This document shows positions 10,286 through 19,139 of a stretch of DNA of 64,000 nucleotides, in pieces (within the stretch, counting starts at the first letter, position 1; every line of letters starts with the position of its first letter). A model generated the notes under the pieces. That model searched no databases, was not told where the DNA came from, and saw nothing but the letters and a program-made list of their open reading frames with translations. The stretch comes from Spirochaetaceae bacterium (GTDB lineage Bacteria; Spirochaetota; Spirochaetia; DSM-2461), in the NCBI GenBank assembly GCA_965224705.1, contig OZ245056.1, positions 1,056,001 to 1,120,000 on the forward strand. Reading direction: 5' to 3'. The position numbers were made by a program, and so were the translations under genes.

Positions 10286-10296
10286 TCGAGAATGGC

Positions 10297-10340
10297 AGCT
10301 AACAGCTGTTAATGCGCTCCGGTCCTTCGGGCACAGATTA
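10297..10340 (+). other. Truncated attC-like site
   Basis: AGCTAACAGCTGTTAATGCGCTCCGG closely matches the start of the attC ending at 26706 (ATCTAACAGCTGTTGATGCGCTCCGG); no right half found. Confidence 0.6.
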
Positions 10341-10405
10341 TTCCGCCTGTCGTAAATAGCGCTTGACAGAACAAGACTGATATACCATCTTACGGCTCTT
10401 TCTTC

Positions 10406-10678
10406 CTAATACACATCACCGTAATCCCCCACGCTCACAAGGATGATACGCTCTCTTTCCAGGATAAGCTCTATGGTTATCCGGTAGGAGATATTGATGG
10501 AAATAGAGTGTAATTCCTTTAATTTGCCTTTCAGGGGATGGAGACGCAAAGAGGGGTGAGTTGGATTTAATCGTACCAATTTCAGGCATTTCTCATAGGA
10601 AGATAGCAGTTCGGGGTGTTTTCTGAAAAACTTCTTAGCTCGCCTAACATAGCTTTCCGTATAGACGAGTTCTCTCAT
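10406..10678 (-). CDS. Type II toxin, RelE/YoeB/YafQ superfamily
   Basis: 90 aa; HPSLRLHPLKGKL...SISINISYRI; overlaps the antitoxin stop. Confidence 0.85.
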   Translation of the reverse strand: MRELVYTESYVRRAKKFFRKHPELLSSYEKCLKLVRLNPTHPSLRLHPLKGKLKELHSISINISYRITIELILERERIILVSVGDYGDVY

Positions 10679-10929
10679 TGTTTCAATGTCTTAATATGTT
10701 CGTCCACATCTCCGGTGATAAACTGCCCTTCGGCAATATCCCGACGGGTTTCCTCCAGGGCAGTATCCAGTTCACATTCACGCAGATGATTGTACTTTTC
10801 AAAGGTCATAACCACGTAGCGTTTTTTCCCCCTAACCGTGATTACCGCTTCCTCTTCCGAACCGATAACCCGTTCAATAAGGGATACGCCTCCAGTTTTC
10901 AGTTCATTGGCTGTGATTGTATTATTCAT
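10675..10929 (-). CDS. Type II antitoxin, Phd/YefM family
   Basis: TITANELKT...EAVITVRGKKRYVVM Phd-like N-terminus, directly upstream of the toxin. Confidence 0.85.
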   Translation of the reverse strand: MNNTITANELKTGGVSLIERVIGSEEEAVITVRGKKRYVVMTFEKYNHLRECELDTALEETRRDIAEGQFITGDVDEHIKTLKQ

Positions 10930-11103
10930 AGCACTGCAAATAGTATTGAAGATAAAACGATTAGTCAAGGCCGTAGGCGGCAAAAGAACACAATGAGCTG
11001 ATACGGGAGACTGACTTAAAAGCGGCATGAAGCTGTATCGACTTAGGGACCATTATAGTGCCGCATTACAACAAGAATACCTCAAACATACATTTTCACA
11101 CAA

Positions 11104-11343
11104 AGTCTTCCGCTCTGAATAAATCAAGAACCTATCATTGCCTGACTGGCAGGGGATTGATTTTAACCTTACCGGTACGGAGATAGCGGATGCCATGGAC
11201 AGCCGCGGCGGCGGCACTGGTTGTGGTTGTGTAGGAAATCTTCAGCGATACGGCTTCTGTTCTCATATCCTCGTCTCCAATTCGGCTGAACCGGCCGCTG
11301 GGCGTGTTGATGAGAAGCTGAGTCCGGTTGGAACGCATGTAGT
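11104..11343 (-). repeat. 240-bp duplicate of the carB 3' end and downstream flank (direct repeat of 19109-19348)
   Basis: Near-identical sequence at offset 8005; encodes MRSNR...INPLPVRQ*. Confidence 0.95.
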
Positions 11344-11412
11344 TTGTTGAACCTGGGTTAAGAGCGCAGAGTGGGTTAGAGATCTCCTTGATGCATAGAC
11401 CGATTATAATGT

Positions 11413-11823
11413 ATGGTTATCATTGTGAATGTTGAAATCAAAGGATTCGACAATCAGCTTGCTGTAACAATCCCCTACAATAAGGTGTTGATCGATTCAG
11501 TAAGGAGTGTTTCCGGGAGAATATGGGACAGCAAGAGGAAATTTTGGCTGATTCCAGGCCGTACACCAGACTCCCACCTTTCTGTCCGCTCTGCCCAGGC
11601 GGTGTTTGACAATGCCTGCGAAAAATGTGAAATAACAAAGAAGGTCTCCATCCATTCCCTGCGCCACGCCTTTGCCACTCATCTTCCTGAAGAGGGTGTT
11701 GATCTTCGCTATATCCAGGAACTTCTGGGACATGTCAGTTCAAAGACTACAGAAATCTATACTCATGTATCCAAAACAGGGGTCAGGCAAATTATCAGTC
11801 CTTTGGACAGGGCGAGGGGTTAA
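11413..11823 (+). pseudogene. Internally deleted integron-type tyrosine recombinase (mini-intI copy 1)
   Basis: N-terminal [20 protein letters not shown] is fused at WLIPG to C-terminal [11 protein letters not shown]...[17 protein letters not shown]; the central region with the first catalytic Arg is missing. Confidence 0.85.
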
Positions 11824-11859
11824 GTGTATGAAATTCGTGGAGATAAGATTTAGTTATGT
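11824..11859 (+). other. attI-like site 1 (crossover G/TT at 11853)
   Basis: GTGTATGAAATTCGTGGAGATAAGATTTAGTT is shared with the sites at 29849 and 32461, and identity ends at the GTT core where each cassette begins. Confidence 0.75.
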
Positions 11860-11930
11860 TCAATGCCCGGCTTAAGAGATTTGTAGTTCTCGGCCATCCG
11901 TGGCCTCGGGGGCAAAGGGAGATTTCTTTG

Positions 11931-12887
11931 ATGAATGATTTTTTTCAATATCCACCAGATCTATTTGATCTTATAGTACAAACTATTCCATTATTGAATC
12001 GTTCAAAGAAATCCGTTTTACTCTTTTTTAAAGGATCGGGTGTTTCAGAAAGTTTATATTCAGATATTTCAGATCAACTTTCATCTAATAAAGATTCCAT
12101 AAATAAATATGCTATCACAAGAACAATTTTAGAGCGAATCAATGAAGATTCAGACAAATATCTAAGAGAAAGAAGAGAACTACTAAAAAGAATTATAGAA
12201 TTTGAAGCATTTAGCACTTGCTGGGAAAATGACATTTTAAAAGCAAAAGGTTTGGTTTCTGAAATACAAAAGGTAGTAAATGTTAAAGATTCATTTACTC
12301 GTATGAATCAAGAAAGAGAAAAAGAACGAAAGAAAAAAACAGATGAATATTTGAAAAAAATCAATGAGATTAAAGTAAAAGAAGACAAAATAGCCAAACT
12401 TAAAGATGACTTTTTTAAATTGTTTGGAAACATAGAACCACATAAAAGAGGGAAAAAATTAGAATCAGTTTTGAATAGTCTTTTTTCGATCTATGAAATC
12501 TTAATTAAAGAAGATTTTAAACGAGTTTCAGAGAACAAAGAAGGTATTGTTGAACAACTTGATGGTGTCGTTGAAATTGACAATCAGATATTTTTAGTTG
12601 AAATGAAATGGAAAAAAGACTCAATTGGAAGCGATGATATATATGCTCATTTAGTGAGAATATATCATAGAACGAATGCTCATGGTTTTTATATTTCAGC
12701 TTCAAAATATACTCCATCTGCAATTGAAGCAGCAAAAGAAGCTCTGGTTAAGGGGACACTGCTCTGTTTTATTGATCTTGAAGAAATTGTTCAGTTACTT
12801 GAAAAAAAAGATAATTTGGTACAATTTTTTAAAGAAAAAATTCATGCAGCAATAATTGAAAAACAACCATATAAAGGGATTAAATAG
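11931..12887 (+). CDS. Mrr-like PD-(D/E)XK restriction endonuclease (gene cassette)
   Basis: C-terminal RGKKLE...EQLDGVV...LVEMKW; AT-rich; bounded by attI and attC. Confidence 0.75.
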   Translation: MNDFFQYPPDLFDLIVQTIPLLNRSKKSVLLFFKGSGVSESLYSDISDQLSSNKDSINKYAITRTILERINEDSDKYLRERRELLKRIIEFEAFSTCWENDILKAKGLVSEIQKVVNVKDSFTRMNQEREKERKKKTDEYLKKINEIKVKEDKIAKLKDDFFKLFGNIEPHKRGKKLESVLNSLFSIYEILIKEDFKRVSENKEGIVEQLDGVVEIDNQIFLVEMKWKKDSIGSDDIYAHLVRIYHRTNAHGFYISASKYTPSAIEAAKEALVKGTLLCFIDLEEIVQLLEKKDNLVQFFKEKIHAAIIEKQPYKGIK

Positions 12888-12954
12888 CAGGAATAAGAGA
12901 CTAAAAATCCGTCCATGGGTTTTTAGAAATTACAACCAAGCCGCCGGGCACTAA

Positions 12955-13039
12955 ACATAACAAGGCTTTCATGGCTCCAGCCTTCGGCTTCCGGCCCAAA
13001 TTGCCTTTGGCAACTTCATGAAAGCCTGAGACGTTAGGT
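12955..13039 (+). other. attC site (85 bp)
   Basis: R'' ACATAAC complements the cassette start GTTATGT; AGGCTTTCATG/CATGAAAGCCT inner stem; R' GTTAGGT. Confidence 0.88.
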
Positions 13040-13135
13040 ATAATACTCGACAAATTACATCTTTAGTCTTCGGCCATCCTTGGCCTCAGAAGAATAATAA
13101 TATAAAAACCATGATTGGTAGAATGAGGAAGTAAA

Positions 13136-13800
13136 GTGGCAAACAATTATTTTCAAGATGATGAACGCGAAAATGCTATGATTGAATTATTTGGTCTATA
13201 TAAGGCTGACGATGAGGGGCGTTCTGGTATAGATGCATTTCTTGAAATCGATGGTAAAAATCTACCTTTTGAACTTAAGACAACATCTACTGGGTCTGTT
13301 ACAACGGTAAGAGATTTTGGCCCCGATCATATAAAAAAATGGAAAAATAAGCACTGGTTAATTGGATCTTTTATCAGAGATCGGGAATTTTATTTGTATG
13401 GTTCACCGGAAAAAATGGCCACTTGGATTGAAGAGAAAGAGAATTATATTTCAACAGATTTCAAACTTGCTGATTTAATTCCACAAAAAATATCACTTTC
13501 AGATATGTTTGAAATTATCGGGAAAAAAGAAAAATATTCACTCGAGAATGCAAAGTCTATTCAAAAGAAGCAATATAAAATTGCAGAATATATACAAATG
13601 CAAGATATGGAAAATGGGTATTCACCAGAGAGGATGTTAAGAATTTTACAAGACCGTGCTAATTATTTAATACAGAGAGGAAGTACTCTTAATAATCTCA
13701 TATACCATATAGTTATTTCGACGGCTGGACAGAAATAACACACAATCATAAAAACAAGCTTCGAGAAATGGTTCAAGAGTATTTAAATTCAATTAATTAA
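13136..13800 (+). pseudogene. Putative type II restriction endonuclease, frameshifted near 13697
   Basis: GIDA...FELKT nuclease motif; convergent with the C5 methylase. Adding one base gives ...NNPHIPYSYFDGWTEIT...NSIN* ending at 13800. Confidence 0.65.
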
Positions 13801-14980
13801 ATGCTTTATGAACATTTTTGGCGACATTATATGCAACAGGTGGAGCAACAGAATTACCGATCTGACCTAAAACCTGATAAACAGCACCACCAAATTTCCA
13901 AGACTCAGGAAAGCCTTGTAGTAAAGCCACATCTTGTACTGATAATCTAAAATGTCCGTTTTTTGCAGGAAAAGCTGATGCTTTTTGTCTATCAGCCTGA
14001 ACACCATTGGGCCAAATTTGTAAGTCACCCCATGATTTTTGACCAGCAGTGCTATTTAAAATTGATGTTGTATTCCTCTTCCCGGTAAATGCACTTCTCA
14101 ATGTTGGGGATAAATTATCGTACTCTATATTGGGTAGACCTAATGCTTCCCTAACGCCTTTAGTCATTGGTAGCATTTCATTAAAAAAGTCTTTTGTTAA
14201 ATAATCATTATTCTTAAATCTATTCCAATTGTGTGTAGGAATTGGAATCTCGAAATTAGAGAAGTGCTTTTCATTTCTAAAACCTACAAAAAATACTCTT
14301 TTTCTTATTTGAGGAACACTAAAATCTGCTGTATGCATTTCAAACATTTTTATTTTATAATCTGATAATGGTTTTAGTATGTATTCATCAACAAACCCTT
14401 TGAATTTAGGAGAAATCAATCCCAAAACATTTTCCGCGACAAAACCATCAGGTTTGATTGTATTTACAGCTCTATTGAATTCTCCCCACATATTTCTTTC
14501 ATCATTTTTACCTTTTTGTTGTCCAGCAATTGAAAAAGGCTGACAAGGAGGACCGCCATGAATTATATTTACTTTACCTTTATATGAACCCCAATCTATT
14601 TTTGTCACATCCCCATTTTCAGGTCCACAAAATACTTTCCAATCAGGCTTATTTATATTGAAAGTTTCTCTGCAAATTGGAATTAACTCAAATGAACCTA
14701 TATGATTAAATCCTGCTTGATCAAAACCGAGATCTAATCCACCTCCACCGCTAAACAGACTTAAAGAAGTTAATGTGTTGTTTGTGATATAAGGCATTAA
14801 ATCCATAGGATTATACTGAGGAGTATTTACTTCATGCATTGGTTCTAAAAAACCTTCCATTGCTTTTTTCTTTGCAATCATAGACTCATATGATAGTTCT
14901 TTATAATACTTTCGTTTCTCATCAGTAATGTCATAATTTTTAATTGGTCGGTTTTTGTAAACAGTTGCTTTTGTAGGCAT
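13793..14980 (-). CDS. C5 cytosine DNA methyltransferase
   Basis: SLFSGGGGLDLG, GGPPCQPFS, ENV, QIRKRVF and QIGNSV motifs. Confidence 0.95.
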   Translation of the reverse strand: MPTKATVYKNRPIKNYDITDEKRKYYKELSYESMIAKKKAMEGFLEPMHEVNTPQYNPMDLMPYITNNTLTSLSLFSGGGGLDLGFDQAGFNHIGSFELIPICRETFNINKPDWKVFCGPENGDVTKIDWGSYKGKVNIIHGGPPCQPFSIAGQQKGKNDERNMWGEFNRAVNTIKPDGFVAENVLGLISPKFKGFVDEYILKPLSDYKIKMFEMHTADFSVPQIRKRVFFVGFRNEKHFSNFEIPIPTHNWNRFKNNDYLTKDFFNEMLPMTKGVREALGLPNIEYDNLSPTLRSAFTGKRNTTSILNSTAGQKSWGDLQIWPNGVQADRQKASAFPAKNGHFRLSVQDVALLQGFPESWKFGGAVYQVLGQIGNSVAPPVAYNVAKNVHKAFN

Positions 14981-14982
14981 TT

Positions 14983-15180
14983 TTACTCCTTAGAATTAGA
15001 ATCAATTTGCTTTATTGTGGGAAATAGCTCTTTTTGATCTCCATAACTAATTAGTTCGGAAGCTTCTTTTACAAACCACTCTTTCATGGTTTTTTGATTC
15101 TTCTCTAAGGCCATATATAAATTACGTTTTAATTCAGGATCAATTTCTAGTACGATTCTACCTGATTTTCCTCTTGCCAT
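14983..15180 (-). CDS. Small ribbon-helix-helix-like regulator upstream of the methylase
   Basis: MARGKSGRIVLEIDPELKRNLY; GGAG RBS; tightly linked to the methylase. Confidence 0.65.
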   Translation of the reverse strand: MARGKSGRIVLEIDPELKRNLYMALEKNQKTMKEWFVKEASELISYGDQKELFPTIKQIDSNSKE

Positions 15181-15189
15181 AAGATCTCC

Positions 15190-15232
15190 TATGTAACATA
15201 TGTAATATAACATAGAAATCCAATTCTTACAA
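15190..15232 (-). promoter_or_regulatory. Sigma70-like promoter with repeated TTACATA/TGTTA boxes
   Basis: TTGTAA-17 bp-TATATT on the minus strand, overlapped by repeats, upstream of the regulator. Confidence 0.5.
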
Positions 15233-15295
15233 GCCTTTCAGAAAAGTACATCCGTGTACTTTCCTGAGCATTATTCTAAAGCTGTCGAGTACTAC

Positions 15296-15336
15296 ACCTA
15301 ACAGCGTCTATGCGTTGCGACCTTCGGTCTTGGCCC
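15296..15336 (+). other. attC left half of the R-M cassette, cut by the intron
   Basis: TGTCGAGTACTACACCTAAC complements the cassette start GTTAGGTATAATACTCGACA at 13033. Confidence 0.8.
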
Positions 15337-17373
15337 ATCAAGTAGGAGGCACCCTGCGAAAGCAGGGATGCCGTCCTCTCACAGAACCGTGCGTACGGGT
15401 CCGTACACGGCTCCTCATGCATGTGTTCATATTTCTTTCAGTCTCAGGCTGAATAGATAAACTGCCCGAGTTCTTCAATGAAATAGCGATTGGGAAAAGC
15501 TTTGTGCATAGCCGGACTCCTTGAAGTCGCCCAGATACTCATATTGTTGATGATACGATTGGCCCCATACTCTGATACTCCCCTTTTTAACAGGGTTCGT
15601 TTCAGATTCCGGGGCCTCTTGTGCTCATACACTATTCGGGATCTCAATCGCCTTCTGGCATGGGCTTCTACCCTTTGAAGCTGGCGCTTATCTTCGGTTA
15701 TACCGTAATATCCACTCCAGCCCCGGTACCAGATATTCAGCTTTTCCACTGTAGCTTCAATAGACTGATTCGTTCGTCTGGGTATCAATTCACAAAGCCT
15801 ATCATTGGCTCTGCTCATTGACATCGACGAAATCGTAATCATTCCGGCCACAATGGTCATACCCAAAAACTTGATAACTTCGGCCTTTCCTGTTTTGCTC
15901 TTCTCCTCGTTGACAACGAGTTTCAGTTTCTTTTCAATGAAGGTTGAAATACTTCCCATCACTCTATCCGCCGCCTTTTGGGACTTAACGAATATGCTGC
16001 AGTCATCAGCAAATCGACAAAACTCCAGTCCTCGCTTTTCCAGTTCCCTGTCCAACTCGTCCAGAATCACATTGCTGAGCAATGGACTTAATGGACTACC
16101 CTGTGTCGTTCCGACAAAGGTATTTTCTTTCCGTCCATTCACCATCACCCCGCTCCGCAGAGTCAGGCCGATCAAACGCAGAATCCGGTTGTCGATCTTA
16201 TTGACCGTTCTCAGCTATCTGATGATTCTATCGTGGCTGACCCTATCAAAGAACTTCGACAGGTCGATATCCACCACAAAATCCTTACCGCTGCTGACTA
16301 TCGACTGAGCCTTTTCAATAGCCTGTTTCTGACTTCGTCCAGGACGAAAGCCAAAACTGCTGTCTGAGAAGGTGGGGTCGATAATGGGTTCGAGCAGAAA
16401 TTTGATGGATGCCTGGACCACTCTGTCACGCACACACGGCACGCCCAGAAGTCTCACTCCTCCTCCCAGTTTCGGGATCTCCACTCGTCTGACCGGCTGA
16501 GGTTTGCAGCTCCAGGCTTTCAGCTCCGCTGAGAGTTCCCGGATTTCCTGCTCAAGATTGGCTTTGTAATCCTCTACAGTGATCGCGTCGATGCCTGATG
16601 ACCCCCTGTTCTTACTCACCTCTCTAAAGCCTTGCCTCAATACCGATGGACGGCATAATTCCTCAAAAAGTCTCATGCTGTCCACTTTGAACAGTTCTCC
16701 TTGTCCCAATTTTCTCTCCTTCGGTCACAGACGAATATTTCTGCGTGTTCCACATCTCTTTTCCTTGTTTACGTCAGGAATGGGTGGAACACTCCCTAAT
16801 GGCTGGTTTCGTCTGATCTGATACTCATCGTTCCAACAGAACGTCTGCATGTTCCCCCCTTCACCTTTAACCTCCTTGTCCTTTGATTCCTGTTTTATCC
16901 TCAATATATGTTGCCATATCGTCACAGGCAGAAATCTTTACGGCTACTATGGGTTCTTCTGACTGCCGGTGGAAGATTACCCTACATCCCTGCACGGCTT
17001 AGGAAATCTTATGGCGCTGTTCCACAGTTTCCATTCCACAGGCCCTCCCCGGGTAAGACCAATCTCCATTTCATATCCCGCCTGCCTTCTGCACAATTAT
17101 GGGGTTACGTAAAGGATATGGGACTTCGATAGCCGAAGGTATCTCATCCTCCATAACTGCCTTTCAAAGGTTCACTCTCGTTCAGGCGAATATTTTGACT
17201 TAGACTTCCTTCAGATTCCTCATTGGGAAAGACAATCTCCATCTGGTCAGCAGGCATACTCTCAATGCGTTGTCTATCTTTCTTCGGACACCCTTGTCTT
17301 TGTCTACAAATTCCCTCCTTTCAGGGCTTTGTCGGGATTTTCACCCGCTGGATATTGGTCATGCCGGGCACAC
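15337..17373 (-). mobile_element. Group II intron (class C-like)
   Basis: 5' end GTGTGCCCGGCATG; short domain V GAGCCGTGTACGGACCCGTACGCACGGTTC; domain VI ending CTACTTGAT; internal RT ORF. Confidence 0.9.
15444..16709 (-). pseudogene. ltrA: Group II intron reverse transcriptase/maturase with an in-frame TAG at 16215-16217
   Basis: VRRVEIPK, RLLGVPCVRDRVVQ, DLSKFFD, GTTQGSPLSPLL and RFADD motifs. The two ORFs are in the same frame; no endonuclease domain. Confidence 0.9.
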
Positions 17374-17509
17374 TTCGCACAACACAGTATATCTGGCTCG
17401 CTCGTGCCCTCGCTCGACCCATATTTGCCAAAAACTTATTGATTTTCAGAAATATCGCCTTTACTATCAAAGGCAAATCTGTCAATCTTGAGAAAAAGGA
17501 GACAGAATT

Positions 17510-17812
17510 ATGGCAATTTCAGATGTCAAAACAGACGGTTCTTGGATTATCGTTTACGATGATTCAGGAAAAGAAAAAAAACGAATGGGTGGTAGTCGTA
17601 AAGAGGTTGTAGGTATGACAGGTGATTTTTTTGTTACACTTGAAGGTTCTTGGATAGTAACTTACGATGAAAACTGTAAAGAAATCAAAAGGATGGGTAG
17701 TTCAAATAAAGTTGTTAGAAGTGCCGTTGGTTCAACATTTACAGTGAAGGAAGGCAGTTGGATTGTCACATACGATAAAAACTGCAAAGAGCAGGCCCGA
17801 AGGGGGGCATAA
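17510..17812 (+). CDS. Small protein built of three GSWI(I/V)xYD repeats
   Basis: AAGGAG RBS; three internal repeats of about 35 aa. Confidence 0.75.
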   Translation: MAISDVKTDGSWIIVYDDSGKEKKRMGGSRKEVVGMTGDFFVTLEGSWIVTYDENCKEIKRMGSSNKVVRSAVGSTFTVKEGSWIVTYDKNCKEQARRGA

Positions 17813-17941
17813 CTTTCTTCTATAAAATTGGCTGGCGACACTTCCTATATTATCCTCATCAAGTATTTGCGTTTTTACTTTAACAGAAGCTATGATAGTG
17901 TGAGATTATCAAATGTTGTGTAATTTAGGAGTATATGATTC

Positions 17942-18649
17942 ATGAACAGGACAGAAAAATACAATGATGAGCTACTTAAAATAGAGCATTATAGTACCCA
18001 TCCTCAAATGATTCCTTTTGTTGGTAAGTATTGGGGAGATTACTGTAAGAAATTGCTTGTTTTAGGGGAAAGTCATTATTTGCCGCTAAGTAGCTCTCTT
18101 GAAATGATAAAAAATTGGTATAAAACTCCATACAAAAGTTTATCTCAGGAAGAGCAAAACTGGACTACAACGGCAAGAATAATTGATGATGAGGGTTATC
18201 CATACGAAGAAGGAGGGAAAATATATCCTGAAAAACCTCATGGTATTTATAAAAATATAGAGACTGCTATACGATCCATAAGCAGTAATGATCTGCAAGT
18301 TGAGGAGAACATGCTTCGTTATATTGCGTTTATGAATTTTTTTCAGCGTCCTTCTCAAAAAACTGGAGATAGTATAGACTGTGATTTAGAAGATAGGCAA
18401 AAAGCGAATGATACTTTAAAATCAGTTATTGCTATAATAAAACCTGACTACATCTTCTTTGTAAGTAGTAAATCTTGGGACTACTATGATAAACAATCAT
18501 TTCCAAAGAATAAGACAGGTCACAGTTGTCATCCTACCTGTCACTGGTGGAATAGAGAAAGTTATAAATATACCCGGTTCGGAGACTCACCTGTGACAGG
18601 ACGAGAATCTTTCCTCCAGTTTTTATCAACGAATGAAATTATGAAATAA
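17942..18649 (+). CDS. Uracil-DNA-glycosylase-like protein, probable cassette gene
   Basis: PFVGKY...LLVLGESHY and C-terminal CHP motifs; AGGAG RBS; followed by an attC-like half. Confidence 0.55.
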   Translation: MNRTEKYNDELLKIEHYSTHPQMIPFVGKYWGDYCKKLLVLGESHYLPLSSSLEMIKNWYKTPYKSLSQEEQNWTTTARIIDDEGYPYEEGGKIYPEKPHGIYKNIETAIRSISSNDLQVEENMLRYIAFMNFFQRPSQKTGDSIDCDLEDRQKANDTLKSVIAIIKPDYIFFVSSKSWDYYDKQSFPKNKTGHSCHPTCHWWNRESYKYTRFGDSPVTGRESFLQFLSTNEIMK

Positions 18650-18683
18650 AATAAAGGCTTTGAATCCTGAAAATAATTACTTC

Positions 18684-18750
18684 GCCTAACAGCCGATAAG
18701 TCTCCGTTCGCTACGCTCACTTCGCCCTACGGGGAAATTGCCCTTTGGGG
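18684..18750 (+). other. Truncated attC-like site
   Basis: GCCTAAC followed by CGTTCGCTACGCTCACTTCG and further hairpins; no R' found. Confidence 0.55.
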
Positions 18751-18887
18751 CTGTATCAGTAACACTCTGACAACCGAGCAGACAATGGCCCTCTCAATTG
18801 TTGTTCAAAATCCTCATTATTTTTAACATAAGCCAGAAGAATCGTTCCACTGGCAAATAACCGGCTAATACAAGCCACAAATGGGAT

Positions 18888-19108
18888 GTTGTCACACAAG
18901 TTAAGTCCACTTAGGAGGAGACAACATGCAGCGCTGCAGTGTTCAAGTTAGGAATACTATCATGCAAAAGATGATCGGCCCGGAGAAACGGAAGGCAGCT
19001 GATCTCTCAGAGGAATTCGGGGTTTCTGCAGCCACAATCTATGGGTGGAAATCAAAGCTGAAAGACGCTACCCTTTCAGTTAAGGGAAATGAATCAACCA
19101 GTCATGAG
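18888..19108 (+). mobile_element. IS3-family left-end/orfA fragment
   Basis: Homologous to 25951-26190; truncated at the start of the carB-flank repeat. Confidence 0.8.
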
Positions 19109-19139
19109 AGTCTTCCGCTTTGAATAAGTCAAGAACCTA

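Noticed and set aside
15444..16709. RT as a retron, DGR or CRISPR-associated RT
   Set aside because: Group II intron 5' end and domains V/VI flank it; no template/variable repeat pair or cas1 link is seen.
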